DNA of 64,000 nt from an uncultured Alphaproteobacteria bacterium (GCA_966205705.1 CBIHKY010000009.1:401-64400), one strand, 5' to 3'; positions 50,301-60,693 are shown, counted from the stretch's first letter. The notes: generated from the sequence alone by a model not told the origin. Program-made: numbers and translations.

Positions 50301-50998
50301 GCAAGAGCGCGGCAGTCATCATCGGTGCATCCGGTGGCATAGGCGGAGCGTTCGAGGCCGCGCTGATCGAAGAGGGCGCATTTGATGTCGTGCATGGCTT
50401 TGCCCGCTCGCGCAGCGGCACCCAGTTTATCGATCTGCTCGATGAGCCGAGCATCGCCGCCGCCGCGGCTCATGTCGCCAAAGGGCCTGCGCCCACGTTG
50501 ATCATCGTCGCCACCGGCCTGCTTCACGCGGGCGAGGCGGGGCCGGAAAAGGCGTTGCGCGATCTTGATCCGACATGGCTAGCGCAACTCTATGCCGTCA
50601 ACGCCATCGGCCCCGCGCTTGTGGCCAAGCATTTCCTGCCCATCATGCCCAAAACCGGGCGCATCGTCTTCGCAGCCCTTTCTGCGCGGGTCGGCTCGAT
50701 CAGCGATAATCGCCTCGGTGGCTGGCATGGCTATCGCGCCTCCAAGGCCGCGCTCAACATGCTGGTGCGCAATCTCGCGATCGAGGAGCGTCGCCGCAAC
50801 GACCGATCCATCGTGGTGACGCTGCATCCCGGTACCGTCGACACGGCGCTCTCGCGACCGTTCCAGACCAACGTTCAGCCCGGCCGCTTGTTCGATCCCG
50901 AGCGTGCTGCGCTCCAATTGCTCGATGTCATCGAGGAGCTGAAAGTGACCGATAGCGGGAAGCTGTTTGACTTTGAGGGCGCCGAAGTTCCGTTTTGA
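50297..50998 (+). CDS. Short-chain dehydrogenase (CsgA/C-factor-like)
   Basis: IGASGGIG, SARVGSISDNRLGGW.GYRASKAALN, LHPGTVDT.LS. Confidence 0.92.
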   Translation: MSKSAAVIIGASGGIGGAFEAALIEEGAFDVVHGFARSRSGTQFIDLLDEPSIAAAAAHVAKGPAPTLIIVATGLLHAGEAGPEKALRDLDPTWLAQLYAVNAIGPALVAKHFLPIMPKTGRIVFAALSARVGSISDNRLGGWHGYRASKAALNMLVRNLAIEERRRNDRSIVVTLHPGTVDTALSRPFQTNVQPGRLFDPERAALQLLDVIEELKVTDSGKLFDFEGAEVPF

Positions 50999-51001
50999 TC
51001 G

Positions 51002-51027
51002 GGAACCGAACATCGCGCTCAACACTT
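51002..51027 (+). promoter_or_regulatory. Weak candidate EcfG promoter for topoisomerase IB
   Basis: GGAAC-N19-TT; -10 degenerate and very close to the start codon. Confidence 0.25.
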
Positions 51028-51035
51028 AGCGCGAT

Positions 51036-52103
51036 ATGGACGATCTCTCAGAAAATATCATCGACCCGGCTGATGCTGCACAGAGCGCCGGGCTGCGCTA
51101 CATTACGGACGAAAAGCCCGGCATCACGCGGCGCAAAAGTGGCAAGGGCTGGTCCTATCGTAATCCGCGCGGCGAAAAGATTAGCAAGCCCGATGTGATC
51201 GCCCGCATCAACAAGCTCGCGATTCCGCCTGCTTATCAGGATGTGTGGATCTGCCCCTATGCCGATGGGCATATTCAGGCGACGGGGCGCGACGCCAAGG
51301 GCCGCAAGCAATATCGCTATCATGAGCGCTTTCGGGAGGTGCAGGAGAGCGCCAAATATGAGCATATGCTTGAGTTTGCCAAGCTGCTGCCCGGCATCCG
51401 CGCCAAATGCGCCGAACATATGAAACTGCCCGGCCTGCCGCGCGAAAAGGTGCTCGCGACCATCGTGCATCTGCTCGAAACCACCATGATCCGCGTTGGT
51501 AACGCCGATTATGTGAAGCAGAACAAGAGCTACGGCCTCACCACGCTGAATGATCGCCATGTGAAGATCGAGAAGGGCGAGCTGCGCTTCCGCTTCAAGG
51601 GCAAGAGCGGCAAGGAGTGGAATCTCAGCCACAAGGACCGGCGCGTCGCGAAGATCGTGCGTGAATGCCAGGATCTGCCGGGCCAGCATCTATTCCAATA
51701 TGTTGGCGAGGATGGCGAGCAGCACGAGGTCACCTCCAGCGATGTGAATGCCTATCTGCGCGAGATTGCAGGGCAGGGTGTCACGGCCAAATATTTCCGC
51801 ACATGGACGGGCACCGTGCTGGCCGCGATGGCGCTAAGCGAGTTCGAAGTGTTTGATAGCGATGCCGCCGCCAAGAAAAATGTCCGCGCCGCCATCGAGC
51901 AGGTCTCAGCCCGCCTTGGCAACACGCCGACCGTCTGCCGCAAATGCTATGTCCACCCCGCTATCATCGATGGCTATCTGGGCAAGGCGCTGGCGCTGGA
52001 ATTGCGCGAGGAAGTAGAGCGCGAACTGGTCGAGGATGTCGGCTCGCTGCGCCCGGAGGAAGCCGTCGTGCTCGCCTTCCTGCAAAAGCGCCTTTCCGCC
52101 TAA
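51036..52103 (+). CDS. DNA topoisomerase IB (bacterial, poxvirus-like)
   Basis: GRDAKGRKQYRYH, IRVGN..Y, F.GKSGK, FRTW.GT, LGNTP.VCRKCY.HP (catalytic Tyr intact). Confidence 0.95.
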   Translation: MDDLSENIIDPADAAQSAGLRYITDEKPGITRRKSGKGWSYRNPRGEKISKPDVIARINKLAIPPAYQDVWICPYADGHIQATGRDAKGRKQYRYHERFREVQESAKYEHMLEFAKLLPGIRAKCAEHMKLPGLPREKVLATIVHLLETTMIRVGNADYVKQNKSYGLTTLNDRHVKIEKGELRFRFKGKSGKEWNLSHKDRRVAKIVRECQDLPGQHLFQYVGEDGEQHEVTSSDVNAYLREIAGQGVTAKYFRTWTGTVLAAMALSEFEVFDSDAAAKKNVRAAIEQVSARLGNTPTVCRKCYVHPAIIDGYLGKALALELREEVERELVEDVGSLRPEEAVVLAFLQKRLSA

Positions 52104-52363
52104 CGCAGCTGACTATCCTTGCTCCCACGCCGGTTGATCCCGGCAGGCCGCGCGGTCTTGTCCCGGATCGCCTGACACGCAACGCAGGTCCGCGCACTCG
52201 GGAGTGCCTTGCGCCGCGCCTTGGCGATCTCCTCGCCGCAATCATCGCAATATTGCGAACCCTCGCCAGTCGGCATCTTCAGCCGCGCCGTTGCGACCGC
52301 ATCCGCAATCGTATCGTCGATCTGATCCTGAACCGCGCCATCCTGCGCCCAGCCATTTGCCAT
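52100..52363 (-). CDS. DksA/TraR family C4 zinc-finger protein (YbiI-like)
   Basis: MANGWAQDGAVQDQIDDT, C..CGEEI..ARR.ALP....CV.CQ, NRRGSKDSQLR. Confidence 0.93.
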   Translation of the reverse strand: MANGWAQDGAVQDQIDDTIADAVATARLKMPTGEGSQYCDDCGEEIAKARRKALPSARTCVACQAIRDKTARPAGINRRGSKDSQLR

Positions 52364-52391
52364 CACGCTCTCCATGTCCATGCATCATGTC

Positions 52392-52417
52392 AATGCGCCG
52401 GGTCGGCGCGTGGTTCC
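52392..52417 (-). promoter_or_regulatory. EcfG-type promoter for the DksA/TraR gene
   Basis: GGAAC-N17-CATT on the minus strand. Confidence 0.55.
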
Positions 52418-52454
52418 TCGCGCCGATCTTGCGCCATGTTAAGCCGAATTTTCG

Positions 52455-52479
52455 GGAACGCCCCTGCGCCGGAATGATT
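52455..52479 (+). promoter_or_regulatory. Candidate EcfG-type promoter for the YqcI/YcgG-DUF1989 pair
   Basis: GGAAC-N16-GATT. Confidence 0.45.
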
Positions 52480-52506
52480 GTCTTCAGCGACAGAGGAAAA
52501 AACAAA

Positions 52507-53193
52507 ATGTTGGTCAGTCAAACCGAATCCGAGCAGCTGAAGCTCGATTTTGAAGAGTTCATCCGCGACAAATCATTCCCATGTGTTGGCGCCAAATCCG
52601 CATTATCGCGCGGAACGTTGAACATCGTCACCGCATGGTCAGTGGAGAGTGCGTGGGACGATCTGACAATCCATAATGAGCTCATGAAATGGTCGCAGGG
52701 TTACAAGGATGATCCCGGCCTGTTCAGGAGCTTCGCCGTGATCTTCGCCAATCCCGCCCCGCTGGACGAACCACAATTCGAGCAGGCGCTCTGGGCTCGG
52801 CTGCAATCGCTGGCGGATAAGGACGCATGGCTTGGCCTGCCCTATGACGAGCGCGTCAGTTCGGATCCGTCGGATCCGCATTTCTCGCTCAGCTTTGGCG
52901 GGGAGGCTTTTTTCGCGGTGGGGCTCCACCCACGCGCCAGCCGCCCTGCACGGCGCTTCAAGCGCCCCGTCATCGTGTTCAATCTCCACGACCAGTTCGA
53001 GCAATTGCGGGCGGACCAGCGCTACGAGACCATCCGCGAGACGATCATCGAGCGGGACATTAGCCTGGCCGGATCCATCAACCCCATGCTCGCGCGTCAT
53101 GGCGATAGCAGTGAGGCGGCGCAATATAGTGGCCGTGAGGTCGATGAGGATTGGAAGTGCCCCTTCCATGATCCGCGCGCTGCCGCCGCATGA
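52507..53193 (+). CDS. YqcI/YcgG family (GntA/DcsA-like) putative heme enzyme
   Basis: FPCVGAK, F.F.FGGE.FF.VG.HP...R.ARRF, .FN...QFE.L; GAGG RBS. Confidence 0.82.
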   Translation: MLVSQTESEQLKLDFEEFIRDKSFPCVGAKSALSRGTLNIVTAWSVESAWDDLTIHNELMKWSQGYKDDPGLFRSFAVIFANPAPLDEPQFEQALWARLQSLADKDAWLGLPYDERVSSDPSDPHFSLSFGGEAFFAVGLHPRASRPARRFKRPVIVFNLHDQFEQLRADQRYETIRETIIERDISLAGSINPMLARHGDSSEAAQYSGREVDEDWKCPFHDPRAAAA

Positions 53194-53774
53194 GTGATCC
53201 GGCGCGCATTCCCCCCCGCAGCGGCGCGGCGTTCGAGCTGAAGGCAGGTCAGCGCCTTACGGTCATCGACCCCGATGGCATGCAGGTTGCAGATCTTCTC
53301 GCTTACAGCCGCGAGGATGTCTGCGAGGTGATCAGCAATGGCCGCACGCTGGATTATGAGGAAACGCTGCGCCTCACCACCGGCAATCGGCTCTGGTCGA
53401 ACCGGTCGCGGGTGATGCTCACGATCGAGGAGGATATGGTCGGCTGCCATGATTTTCTGCTCACGCCATGCAGCGTCGATACCTTTCTGCACTTCTACCC
53501 GGACAAGCCCCTCCATCGCGGCTGCTTCGGCAATCTTGCCGCTGCATTGGAGCCCTATGGCGTCGAGCCGGACATGATCCCGGTCGCCTTCAACTGCTTT
53601 ATGAATGTGCCGGTGAGCGAAACCGGCAAGATCAGCGTGTTGCCGCCGCTCAGCAAGGCGGGTGACAGGCTCGCGCTGCGCGCGGAAATCGATCTCGTCA
53701 TCGGCCTCACCGCCTGCTCGGCCTATGCGAGCAATGGCGGTAGCTTCAAGCCGATCGACTATGTGATCGACTGA
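53190..53774 (+). CDS. DUF1989 (urea carboxylase-associated) family protein
   Basis: G.QVADL, SNGRTLDY, HDFLLTPC, CFGNL, FN.FMNV, LTACS; ATGA overlap with the upstream gene. Confidence 0.9.
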   Translation: MSDPARIPPRSGAAFELKAGQRLTVIDPDGMQVADLLAYSREDVCEVISNGRTLDYEETLRLTTGNRLWSNRSRVMLTIEEDMVGCHDFLLTPCSVDTFLHFYPDKPLHRGCFGNLAAALEPYGVEPDMIPVAFNCFMNVPVSETGKISVLPPLSKAGDRLALRAEIDLVIGLTACSAYASNGGSFKPIDYVID

Positions 53775-53789
53775 TTATTTGCGCCTCGA

Positions 53790-56003
53790 TCAGAAGCGAT
53801 AGTCCCAACCCAGCGTGAAGCTGCGCCCACGGCCTGCGAAGAAGGCCAAACTGTCGTTGGGAAGCCGCGTGTCGCTATTATAATCGATATAGAATTTATC
53901 GAACAGATTCTGCGCGCTCAGGCTGATGCCGCCGATCGGCGTCTGGTAACGCAGATATGCATCGGTCACCGCATAACCGCCGAAATTATTGCGCTGATCC
54001 GGGTTCGCCTTGCCGTAGAAATTGCGCGACAGGTAGAATTGCGTCTGCAGGCGCGCCGAAATAGGCCCCTGATTATAGCTCACCGCCGCGTTGAAGCGAT
54101 CGGGCGAAATGTTTGTGCCATCCAGATCGGTATCCACAATGCCATCCACCCGGTCGCTATCATAGCGGCCGATGAGATGCGCATAGCCGCCTTGGATTTT
54201 CAGGCCCTCAATCGGCGTCTGTATGCCAAGATTGATCTCAAGCCCCTGAATTTCCACCCGCTGGCGCTGCACCTCAAAGATGCCATTGCCCGAGGCGATC
54301 AGAACCTGGCCCTTGTCGCTCGATGACCAGAAATAGGTCGCGCTGGCATCGAGCGGCCCGCGCTTCACTTCCAGACCAAGCTCGCGATTGTTGGAGATCA
54401 CCGGGCTGATGTCGAGAAAATTGTCGAGATCGACGCCGGGCGTGCTGATTGCGCGGGTGATGCGACCGATATCCGCCATCGTGTAGCCCTCGGCAAAGCT
54501 TGCATAAGCGCGGATGCCGGGGACTGGCTCCAGAATGACACCGCCGTTGAACAGCACATCCTCAAAGCTCGGCTTGCCGCCTGCAACGTTCACGCCGCCA
54601 TAGGTGGCAAGGTTGGGTGCAACATAGGTGTTGGAGGCCAGCGTGCGATAATCGTCGATCTTGACCGTCGCATTTTCCCAACGCACGCCGCCTGCAAAGC
54701 GCAATTTGCTGTCCAGCAGCTTGAGATTGGCCTGCGCGAACGGCGCGATGCTCTGGAACTCGCTTGGCGGCACCCAGATGCGCCCTGTTGCGATCAGGCG
54801 CTGCTCGGTCTTGTCGGCAATCGCATCCACACCAAGCGTGGTGGTCAGCGCCTCGAAGCCGGGAAACGCACGCTCATAGCTGAGCTTTGCGCCCAGTTTG
54901 CGAGAGCGATTTTCGGACTGGTCGAAGAGCGTGCCGATGGGCGCTAGGCTGGGGTCCTGGAAGGTTGCGGTGGCAGTCGGCTCGCCGCCGAACGTATCGA
55001 AATTGCGGTTGAAGAAAATCTGCGACACCAGATTGCCGCCCCACAGATCGCTATCCGTATAGGAAAGGGCGACGCTTTCCGTGCGGTTTGCTGCAGGCTT
55101 GCCCGGAGGTGTGCCGCGCGTCGCACTGGTAGGGATGCCGAAGGTACGGCTGCCCGCCACCGGCACATAACGCCCATAGCCATTCAGCTCATAACGGTTC
55201 GCCATCAGGTCCAGCCGTCCGGTATCGCCCACCTGCAAGCCGATGCGCGCAAAGACGTTCAACGCCTTGGAATCCTGCGTTTCACCCTGCGTCAGGTTGA
55301 TACCGATCGGCCGATCCTGCGCATCGTAGAACACGCCGCGCTTCTCGAACGATGCGCCAACCGTCACATCGAACACGCCCGCCTTATACTGCAGCAAAGC
55401 CGCCGCCTTGCCTCCATAACCGCCCTTTTCAAACCCGTCGCTTGCCGTGCCCTGCAGCAGCGCCCGGCCGGAGAGGCCTTCCTTCGTCGGCACGCCGACC
55501 GTCACCTGATTGACGATGCCGCCTGTGCCGCCAATGCCCTGCAAGGCGTTGGAGCCATAGATCAGCTCCACCCGGTCGATGAAGAAGCCATCGATGGTGA
55601 AACCGTCGCGGCTGCCATCGCGCAGGGGGGTCGTCTGCGGAATGCCGTTGATCGCATAGAGCGGCGAGCGCCCGCGCAACGTTTCGCCCGCGCCGGAGAG
55701 CTTGCCACGCGTTGGCGAGAAGCTGGGCGTCAGCACCGCGACCGCATCGGTCACCGAGCCTGAGATCGCGATCTGCTGGTCCAGTTCCTGCTTGTTGATC
55801 AGGTCGATGGTCATCGGCAGGGCGTTAGGCGGCAGGATGGTGCGCGCCGCCGTGATGACGATGTCACTGCCCTGACCATCGGCCACGCCCGCCGCATCAG
55901 CGCTCGGATCGGTCTGGGCGAGCGCCGGCATGGCGATGAGCCCTGCGAGGACAACGAGGCTGCCACCTCCGAACGATCCACGAAGCTGAGCGAAAGACGG
56001 CAT
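53790..56003 (-). CDS. TonB-dependent receptor (probable siderophore receptor, IutA-like)
   Basis: LRGR.PL..INGIPQ.TPLRDG, IDRVE.IYG.NA..G.G.TGG..N, C-terminal YRF. Confidence 0.92.
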   Translation of the reverse strand: MPSFAQLRGSFGGGSLVVLAGLIAMPALAQTDPSADAAGVADGQGSDIVITAARTILPPNALPMTIDLINKQELDQQIAISGSVTDAVAVLTPSFSPTRGKLSGAGETLRGRSPLYAINGIPQTTPLRDGSRDGFTIDGFFIDRVELIYGSNALQGIGGTGGIVNQVTVGVPTKEGLSGRALLQGTASDGFEKGGYGGKAAALLQYKAGVFDVTVGASFEKRGVFYDAQDRPIGINLTQGETQDSKALNVFARIGLQVGDTGRLDLMANRYELNGYGRYVPVAGSRTFGIPTSATRGTPPGKPAANRTESVALSYTDSDLWGGNLVSQIFFNRNFDTFGGEPTATATFQDPSLAPIGTLFDQSENRSRKLGAKLSYERAFPGFEALTTTLGVDAIADKTEQRLIATGRIWVPPSEFQSIAPFAQANLKLLDSKLRFAGGVRWENATVKIDDYRTLASNTYVAPNLATYGGVNVAGGKPSFEDVLFNGGVILEPVPGIRAYASFAEGYTMADIGRITRAISTPGVDLDNFLDISPVISNNRELGLEVKRGPLDASATYFWSSSDKGQVLIASGNGIFEVQRQRVEIQGLEINLGIQTPIEGLKIQGGYAHLIGRYDSDRVDGIVDTDLDGTNISPDRFNAAVSYNQGPISARLQTQFYLSRNFYGKANPDQRNNFGGYAVTDAYLRYQTPIGGISLSAQNLFDKFYIDYNSDTRLPNDSLAFFAGRGRSFTLGWDYRF

Positions 56004-56050
56004 GATGGTCCCCTACATGCAAATTGACGTAATCAAGGCGCTCCGCTAAC

Positions 56051-56069
56051 GCCAATGATTATCAATAAC
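56051..56069. promoter_or_regulatory. Fur-like box between divergent iron genes
   Basis: GCCAATGATTATCAATAAC matches 14/19 of the E. coli consensus GATAATGATAATCATTATC. Confidence 0.55.
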
Positions 56070-56101
56070 AAGCTGCAAACTTTGGGGTGCCGGATTTCGT
56101 G

Positions 56102-58588
56102 ATGCGGTGGGTCTTGTTTCAATTGCACTGGCTGCTCGGCATCACGGCAGGACTCGTTCTGGCGGTGATGGGCGTTACCGGCGCGACGCTCAGCTTTGAG
56201 GATGAGATCCTCATGGCGCTCAATCCCGGCGTCGCTACCGTCACGCCAGGCGCAGGGCCATTACTTACCGGGCCGCAGCTTGCCGCCCGCGTTCTTGCGC
56301 AGCAGCCCGATGCCAAGATCACCCGCATCATCGTGCAGACCGATCCCGCGCTCGCGGCATGGGTGAGCTATACGCCTGCGGGCGAGAAGCGCGAGACCAG
56401 CTTTGTCGATCCGGTGAGCGGGCAATTGCTCGGGCCGGGCCGGGGGCATGGCCTGTTCGAGACCGTCACGCTCATCCACCGCTATCTCGCGTTGCCGGGG
56501 CAAGGCAATGGCTGGGGGCGGCAGATCACGGGCTTCTCCGCCATTGCACTCATCTATTTCTGCCTGTCCGGCCTCTATCTGCGCTGGCCCAAGCGCGCGC
56601 TCGATTGGCGCTCCTGGTTCCTGCTCGATCTGCGGATGACGGGCCGCAATCTCTATCGCGCGCTCCACACGATCATCGGCAGCTGGGTGCTGATCTTCTA
56701 TCTCATCAGCGGCTTCACCGGCCTGTGGTGGTCCTATGGCTGGTATCGCGATGGGGTGACTTATGTCCTCGTCGGTCAGGCGGAGAAAGCCGACCATAAG
56801 CCTGCAGGCGCGGGCAAAGCGGACGATATCCGCCCCGATATCGCACTGGCATGGCAGGGCTTTGAGCGGGAAACGAAAAAGGTCCACTATGCCTCGATTA
56901 CCGCATCCTTGCGCGATACCGGCGATGTCCAGTTCCGCGCCAAGCTGGATTGTGCTCGGCATGATCGTGTGTCGGATGAGCTGGTCATCAGCGGCGTGAC
57001 TGGCGCGACGATGAGTGCCGTGCCCTACAAGGATCGCGCGCTCGGGCAGGATATCGTCACCAGCATTTTCGAGATTCATCGCGGCGCGTATTTCGGTCTG
57101 CCGGGCCGCATCGCCATGCTGCTCTCCAGTCTCACCATGCCGCTGTTCACCATCACCGGCTTGCTGCTCTATCTCGGCAGACGCCGTCGCAAGCGTGCGC
57201 TTGCCGCTCTCTTGCGCGATGCTCCAGCACAGCAGCCAGCGCTGGCCACCGATGGGAGCGTCATCGTCGCTTATGCCAGCCAGACCGGATCGGCCGAGCG
57301 GCTCGCCCGGCTCACCGCGGCGTCGCTCCCCGGCGCGCGCCTGCTTCCTCTGCACAAGCTCGATGTGCCCACACTGGCCGAGACTCAGCAATTGTTTATC
57401 ATCGCCAGCACCTATGGCGAAGGCGAGCCACCTGACGCCGCGCGTGGTTTCACCCGCCGCATGATGGCCGCTACGAATGACCTGTCGCATCTGCGCTACG
57501 CCGTCATGGCGCTGGGCGATCGCGAATATCCTGATTTTTGCGCCTTCGGGCATAGCCTCGATCATTGGCTGCACGGCTGCGGGGCGGAGCGTCTGTTCGA
57601 GTTGATCGAGGTTGATGGCGATGATGCCAATGCGCAGCGCCAGTGGCAGCAGCAGCTTACAGGGCTGGGTGCGCGCACGGATCAGCCCGATTGGGCACCA
57701 GCGCCGATGGGCGAGTGGCGGCTGGTCGAACGCTGCCTGCTCAATCCCGGTAGCGCCGGTGGGCCAGCCTTTCACATCGCGCTGGAGCCGCTAGCGCCGG
57801 GCGATGCGGCATGGACGGCAGGCGTTATCTTCGAGGTGCAGCCCCGCCATGATCCGCGCCGCATCACTGCGTTCATCAAGGCGAGCGGCCTTGCCGATGG
57901 GGCGCAACTGCGCGAGGCGCTGGCCGGGCGCATCCTGCCGCCGCACGCCGATACCGCGCTGGATCCAACAGGCCTGCCACCGCTCGCGCATCGCGAATAT
58001 TCCATTGCGTCGGTGCCGTCATCGGGCCGTGTCGAACTCATCGTGCGGCAATGCGTGGCGGAGGATGGCCTGCTCGGCCTCGGCTCCGGCTGGCTCACAC
58101 ATGTGGCGCCGGTCGGCACGATACTCTCCGGGCGCATCCGCACGAATGCCGCATTCCATCCACCCGAGGATTCATCCAAGCCCTTGATATTAATTGGTAA
58201 TGGTACAGGGCTAGCCGGGCTTCTCGCACATCTGCATCACCGCGCGGCGGAAGGGGGAGCACCCTCCTGGCTGTTCTTCGGCGAGCGCGATCCTGATCAC
58301 GATGCCCTCCATGTGGGCAAACTGTGTAAACTCCGCACCAGCGGCGTGCTCGATCAAATCGATTTCGCCTGGTCCCGCGCATCCGAGGGCGGCTGCTACG
58401 TTCAACATCGGGTGGCGCAACGCAAGGATGAGATCGAGGCGCTCGTCAGTGCGGGCGCATCAATCTACATCTGCGGCAGCGTGCAAGGCATGGCCCCGGC
58501 GGTGCACGACGTTCTGGAGGGGATACTGGGCGCTGAGACACTGGAAGCGCTTTTGGAATCCGGTCGCTACCGCCGGGATATCTACTGA
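56102..58588 (+). CDS. PepSY-associated TM domain fused to flavodoxin and FAD/NAD(P) reductase domains (PiuB-like)
   Basis: FQLHW.LG, IH.G.YFG; YASQTGSAE, STYGEGEPPD, LGDREYP.FC.FG; REYSIAS, IGNGTG.A, ICGS; start could be GTG 56087. Confidence 0.88.
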   Translation: MRWVLFQLHWLLGITAGLVLAVMGVTGATLSFEDEILMALNPGVATVTPGAGPLLTGPQLAARVLAQQPDAKITRIIVQTDPALAAWVSYTPAGEKRETSFVDPVSGQLLGPGRGHGLFETVTLIHRYLALPGQGNGWGRQITGFSAIALIYFCLSGLYLRWPKRALDWRSWFLLDLRMTGRNLYRALHTIIGSWVLIFYLISGFTGLWWSYGWYRDGVTYVLVGQAEKADHKPAGAGKADDIRPDIALAWQGFERETKKVHYASITASLRDTGDVQFRAKLDCARHDRVSDELVISGVTGATMSAVPYKDRALGQDIVTSIFEIHRGAYFGLPGRIAMLLSSLTMPLFTITGLLLYLGRRRRKRALAALLRDAPAQQPALATDGSVIVAYASQTGSAERLARLTAASLPGARLLPLHKLDVPTLAETQQLFIIASTYGEGEPPDAARGFTRRMMAATNDLSHLRYAVMALGDREYPDFCAFGHSLDHWLHGCGAERLFELIEVDGDDANAQRQWQQQLTGLGARTDQPDWAPAPMGEWRLVERCLLNPGSAGGPAFHIALEPLAPGDAAWTAGVIFEVQPRHDPRRITAFIKASGLADGAQLREALAGRILPPHADTALDPTGLPPLAHREYSIASVPSSGRVELIVRQCVAEDGLLGLGSGWLTHVAPVGTILSGRIRTNAAFHPPEDSSKPLILIGNGTGLAGLLAHLHHRAAEGGAPSWLFFGERDPDHDALHVGKLCKLRTSGVLDQIDFAWSRASEGGCYVQHRVAQRKDEIEALVSAGASIYICGSVQGMAPAVHDVLEGILGAETLEALLESGRYRRDIY

Positions 58589-58593
58589 TCCGC

Positions 58594-60303
58594 TCAATGT
58601 CCTGACGCGCCAGACGCGCCAATTCCCGTCTCCGCCCGCACCCGCTGCGCAGGATATAGACTGCGATCGACCGCTGCTCTTGGTGAGCGATCCAGCACGG
58701 ACACCAGCCAGATGGTGAAGAAGGCCAGCGGCATCGAGAAGATGGCAGGCGAGGAATAAGGGAAGATCGCTGCGGGATGGTGCAGGATATCCACCCAGAT
58801 CGCAGGCGACAGGATGGTGAGCAGCAGCGCCGTCACCAGCCCGAGCGATCCGCCGACGACAACGCCGCGCGTCGTGCAATCCTTCCAGAGCAGGGAGAGC
58901 AGCAGCACCGGGAAATTGCCCGATGCCGCCAGCGCAAAGGCCAGGCTCACCATGAAGGCGACATTCTGCTTCTCGAACAGGATGCCGAGCAGGATCGCCA
59001 CGACGGCCAGCAACAGTACCGTGCGACGCGAAACCTTGAGTTCCGAGGCGGAGTCTGCCTTGCCCTTGCGGAAGACGGTCGCATAGAGATCATGGCTCAC
59101 AGCCGATGCGCCTGAAAGAGTGAGCCCCGCCACAACCGCCAGAATCGTTGCGAAGGCGACGGCGGACACAAAGCCCAGGAACATGTTGCCGCCGATCGCC
59201 TGCGCCAGATGGATCGCGGCCATGTTGGTGCCGCCGCGCAGGCCGCCACTGGCATCCAGATAGCCCGGGTCCGTCGCCACCAGCACGATTGCACCGAACC
59301 CGATGATGAAGGTCAGCACGTAGAAATAGCCGATCCACCCGGTCGCCCACAACACTGAACTGCGCGCAGCCTTGGCATTGGGCACCGTGAAGAAGCGCAT
59401 GAGGATGTGCGGCAGGCCCGCCGTGCCGAACATGAGCGCCATGCCGAAGGAGATGGCGGAAATCGGATCCTTGATGAAATTGCCCGGCCCCATGATCGAG
59501 AGCCCGCGTTTGGCAGCGTCTGCCTCTGAGAGGCCGGTCGCCGCGGCAAGATCCGTCTTCACGGCGACTGCGCGTGCAAACAGCGCTTCCGGCGAGAAGC
59601 CGAACTGCGCCAGCACCATGAAGGCCATGAAGGTCGCACTGCCGAGCAGCAGCACGGCCTTGATGATCTGCACCCATGTCGTCGCGGTCATGCCGCCGAA
59701 CAGCACATACATCATCATCAGCAAACCGACGATGACGACCGCATATTCATAGCGGAGGCCAAACAGCAATTTGATGAGCTGGCCCGCACCGACCATCTGC
59801 GCGATCAGGTAGAAGAGTACCACGATGAGCGTGCTCAACGCCGCGAAAGTGCGCACCGGCGTCTGCGCAAAGCGGAAGGAGGCAACATCGGCAAAGGTGA
59901 AGCGGCCAAGATTGCGCAGTCTCTCCGCCATCAGGAACAGGATGATCGGCCAGCCGACCAGAAAGCCGATCGAGTAGATCAGCCCATCATAGCCATCGAG
60001 GAAAATCTGGGCGGAAATGCCGAGGAAACTCGCGGCGGACATATAATCGCCCGCAATCGCCAGCCCGTTCTGGAAGCCGGTGATGCCGCCGCCTGCCGTG
60101 TAGAAATCCGATGCGGTTTTGGTGCGCCCGGCAGCCCAACGCGTAATGCCGAGCGTGAACAGCACAAACGCGCCGAACATGGCGATGGCCGTCCAGTTGG
60201 TCGCCTGTTGCACTGTCTCGCCCGTCAAGGCATCGGCAAGAGCGGGGGTGGCGACGAGCAATGCGCCGCACGCAAGGGCGATGAAGGCCGCGCGCTGCCT
60301 CAT
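58594..60303 (-). CDS. actP: Cation/acetate symporter (SSS family)
   Basis: [45 protein letters not shown]. Confidence 0.93.
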   Translation of the reverse strand: MRQRAAFIALACGALLVATPALADALTGETVQQATNWTAIAMFGAFVLFTLGITRWAAGRTKTASDFYTAGGGITGFQNGLAIAGDYMSAASFLGISAQIFLDGYDGLIYSIGFLVGWPIILFLMAERLRNLGRFTFADVASFRFAQTPVRTFAALSTLIVVLFYLIAQMVGAGQLIKLLFGLRYEYAVVIVGLLMMMYVLFGGMTATTWVQIIKAVLLLGSATFMAFMVLAQFGFSPEALFARAVAVKTDLAAATGLSEADAAKRGLSIMGPGNFIKDPISAISFGMALMFGTAGLPHILMRFFTVPNAKAARSSVLWATGWIGYFYVLTFIIGFGAIVLVATDPGYLDASGGLRGGTNMAAIHLAQAIGGNMFLGFVSAVAFATILAVVAGLTLSGASAVSHDLYATVFRKGKADSASELKVSRRTVLLLAVVAILLGILFEKQNVAFMVSLAFALAASGNFPVLLLSLLWKDCTTRGVVVGGSLGLVTALLLTILSPAIWVDILHHPAAIFPYSSPAIFSMPLAFFTIWLVSVLDRSPRAAVDRSLYPAQRVRAETGIGASGASGH

Positions 60304-60611
60304 GTGTCCAGATCCTGATTGAGGCTCTCGACCAGTGCATCAAATTCCATATTCGCCCGGCGCACATAAAGCCCGGTCAGGCCGATTGCGAGGAGGATGA
60401 CACCGAGTCCCGCCGGAATGCCGACGGACGTTACGCCCGACGCGATTGGGGCGGCGAGGGCGGCCTTGTCGAAAGCGATGAGCAGGATGAAGCCGAAATA
60501 GGCAATCAGCATGACGATCGTGAGCGTCCAGGTGAACCGACCGCGCTTGTGGATAAGCGCGAGATAGCGCGGGTCGGAAACGAGCCTCGTCAAACGATCG
60601 GATTCAGTCAA
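60300..60611 (-). CDS. DUF485 (YjcH-like) membrane protein, ActP partner
   Basis: P.Y.AL...R.RF...L....YFGFILL.AF, G.YV.RAN..FD; TTG start after GGAGAG. Confidence 0.88.
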   Translation of the reverse strand: MTESDRLTRLVSDPRYLALIHKRGRFTWTLTIVMLIAYFGFILLIAFDKAALAAPIASGVTSVGIPAGLGVILLAIGLTGLYVRRANMEFDALVESLNQDLDT

Positions 60612-60693
60612 ACTTGCTCTCCCCAACGCATTTGCGCCGTTGTCGCTTCATAACCGCGAAAACACAATGGCGCTCATGCAGAGGAGTGTCTCA

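Noticed and set aside
52380-52506. Guanidine riboswitch before the DUF1989 pair
   Set aside because: No twin ACGR-loop hairpins or ykkC-type conserved stretch visible; the space is taken by two promoter motifs
56261-57775. 504-aa minus-strand ORF
   Set aside because: Antisense to the PepSY fusion
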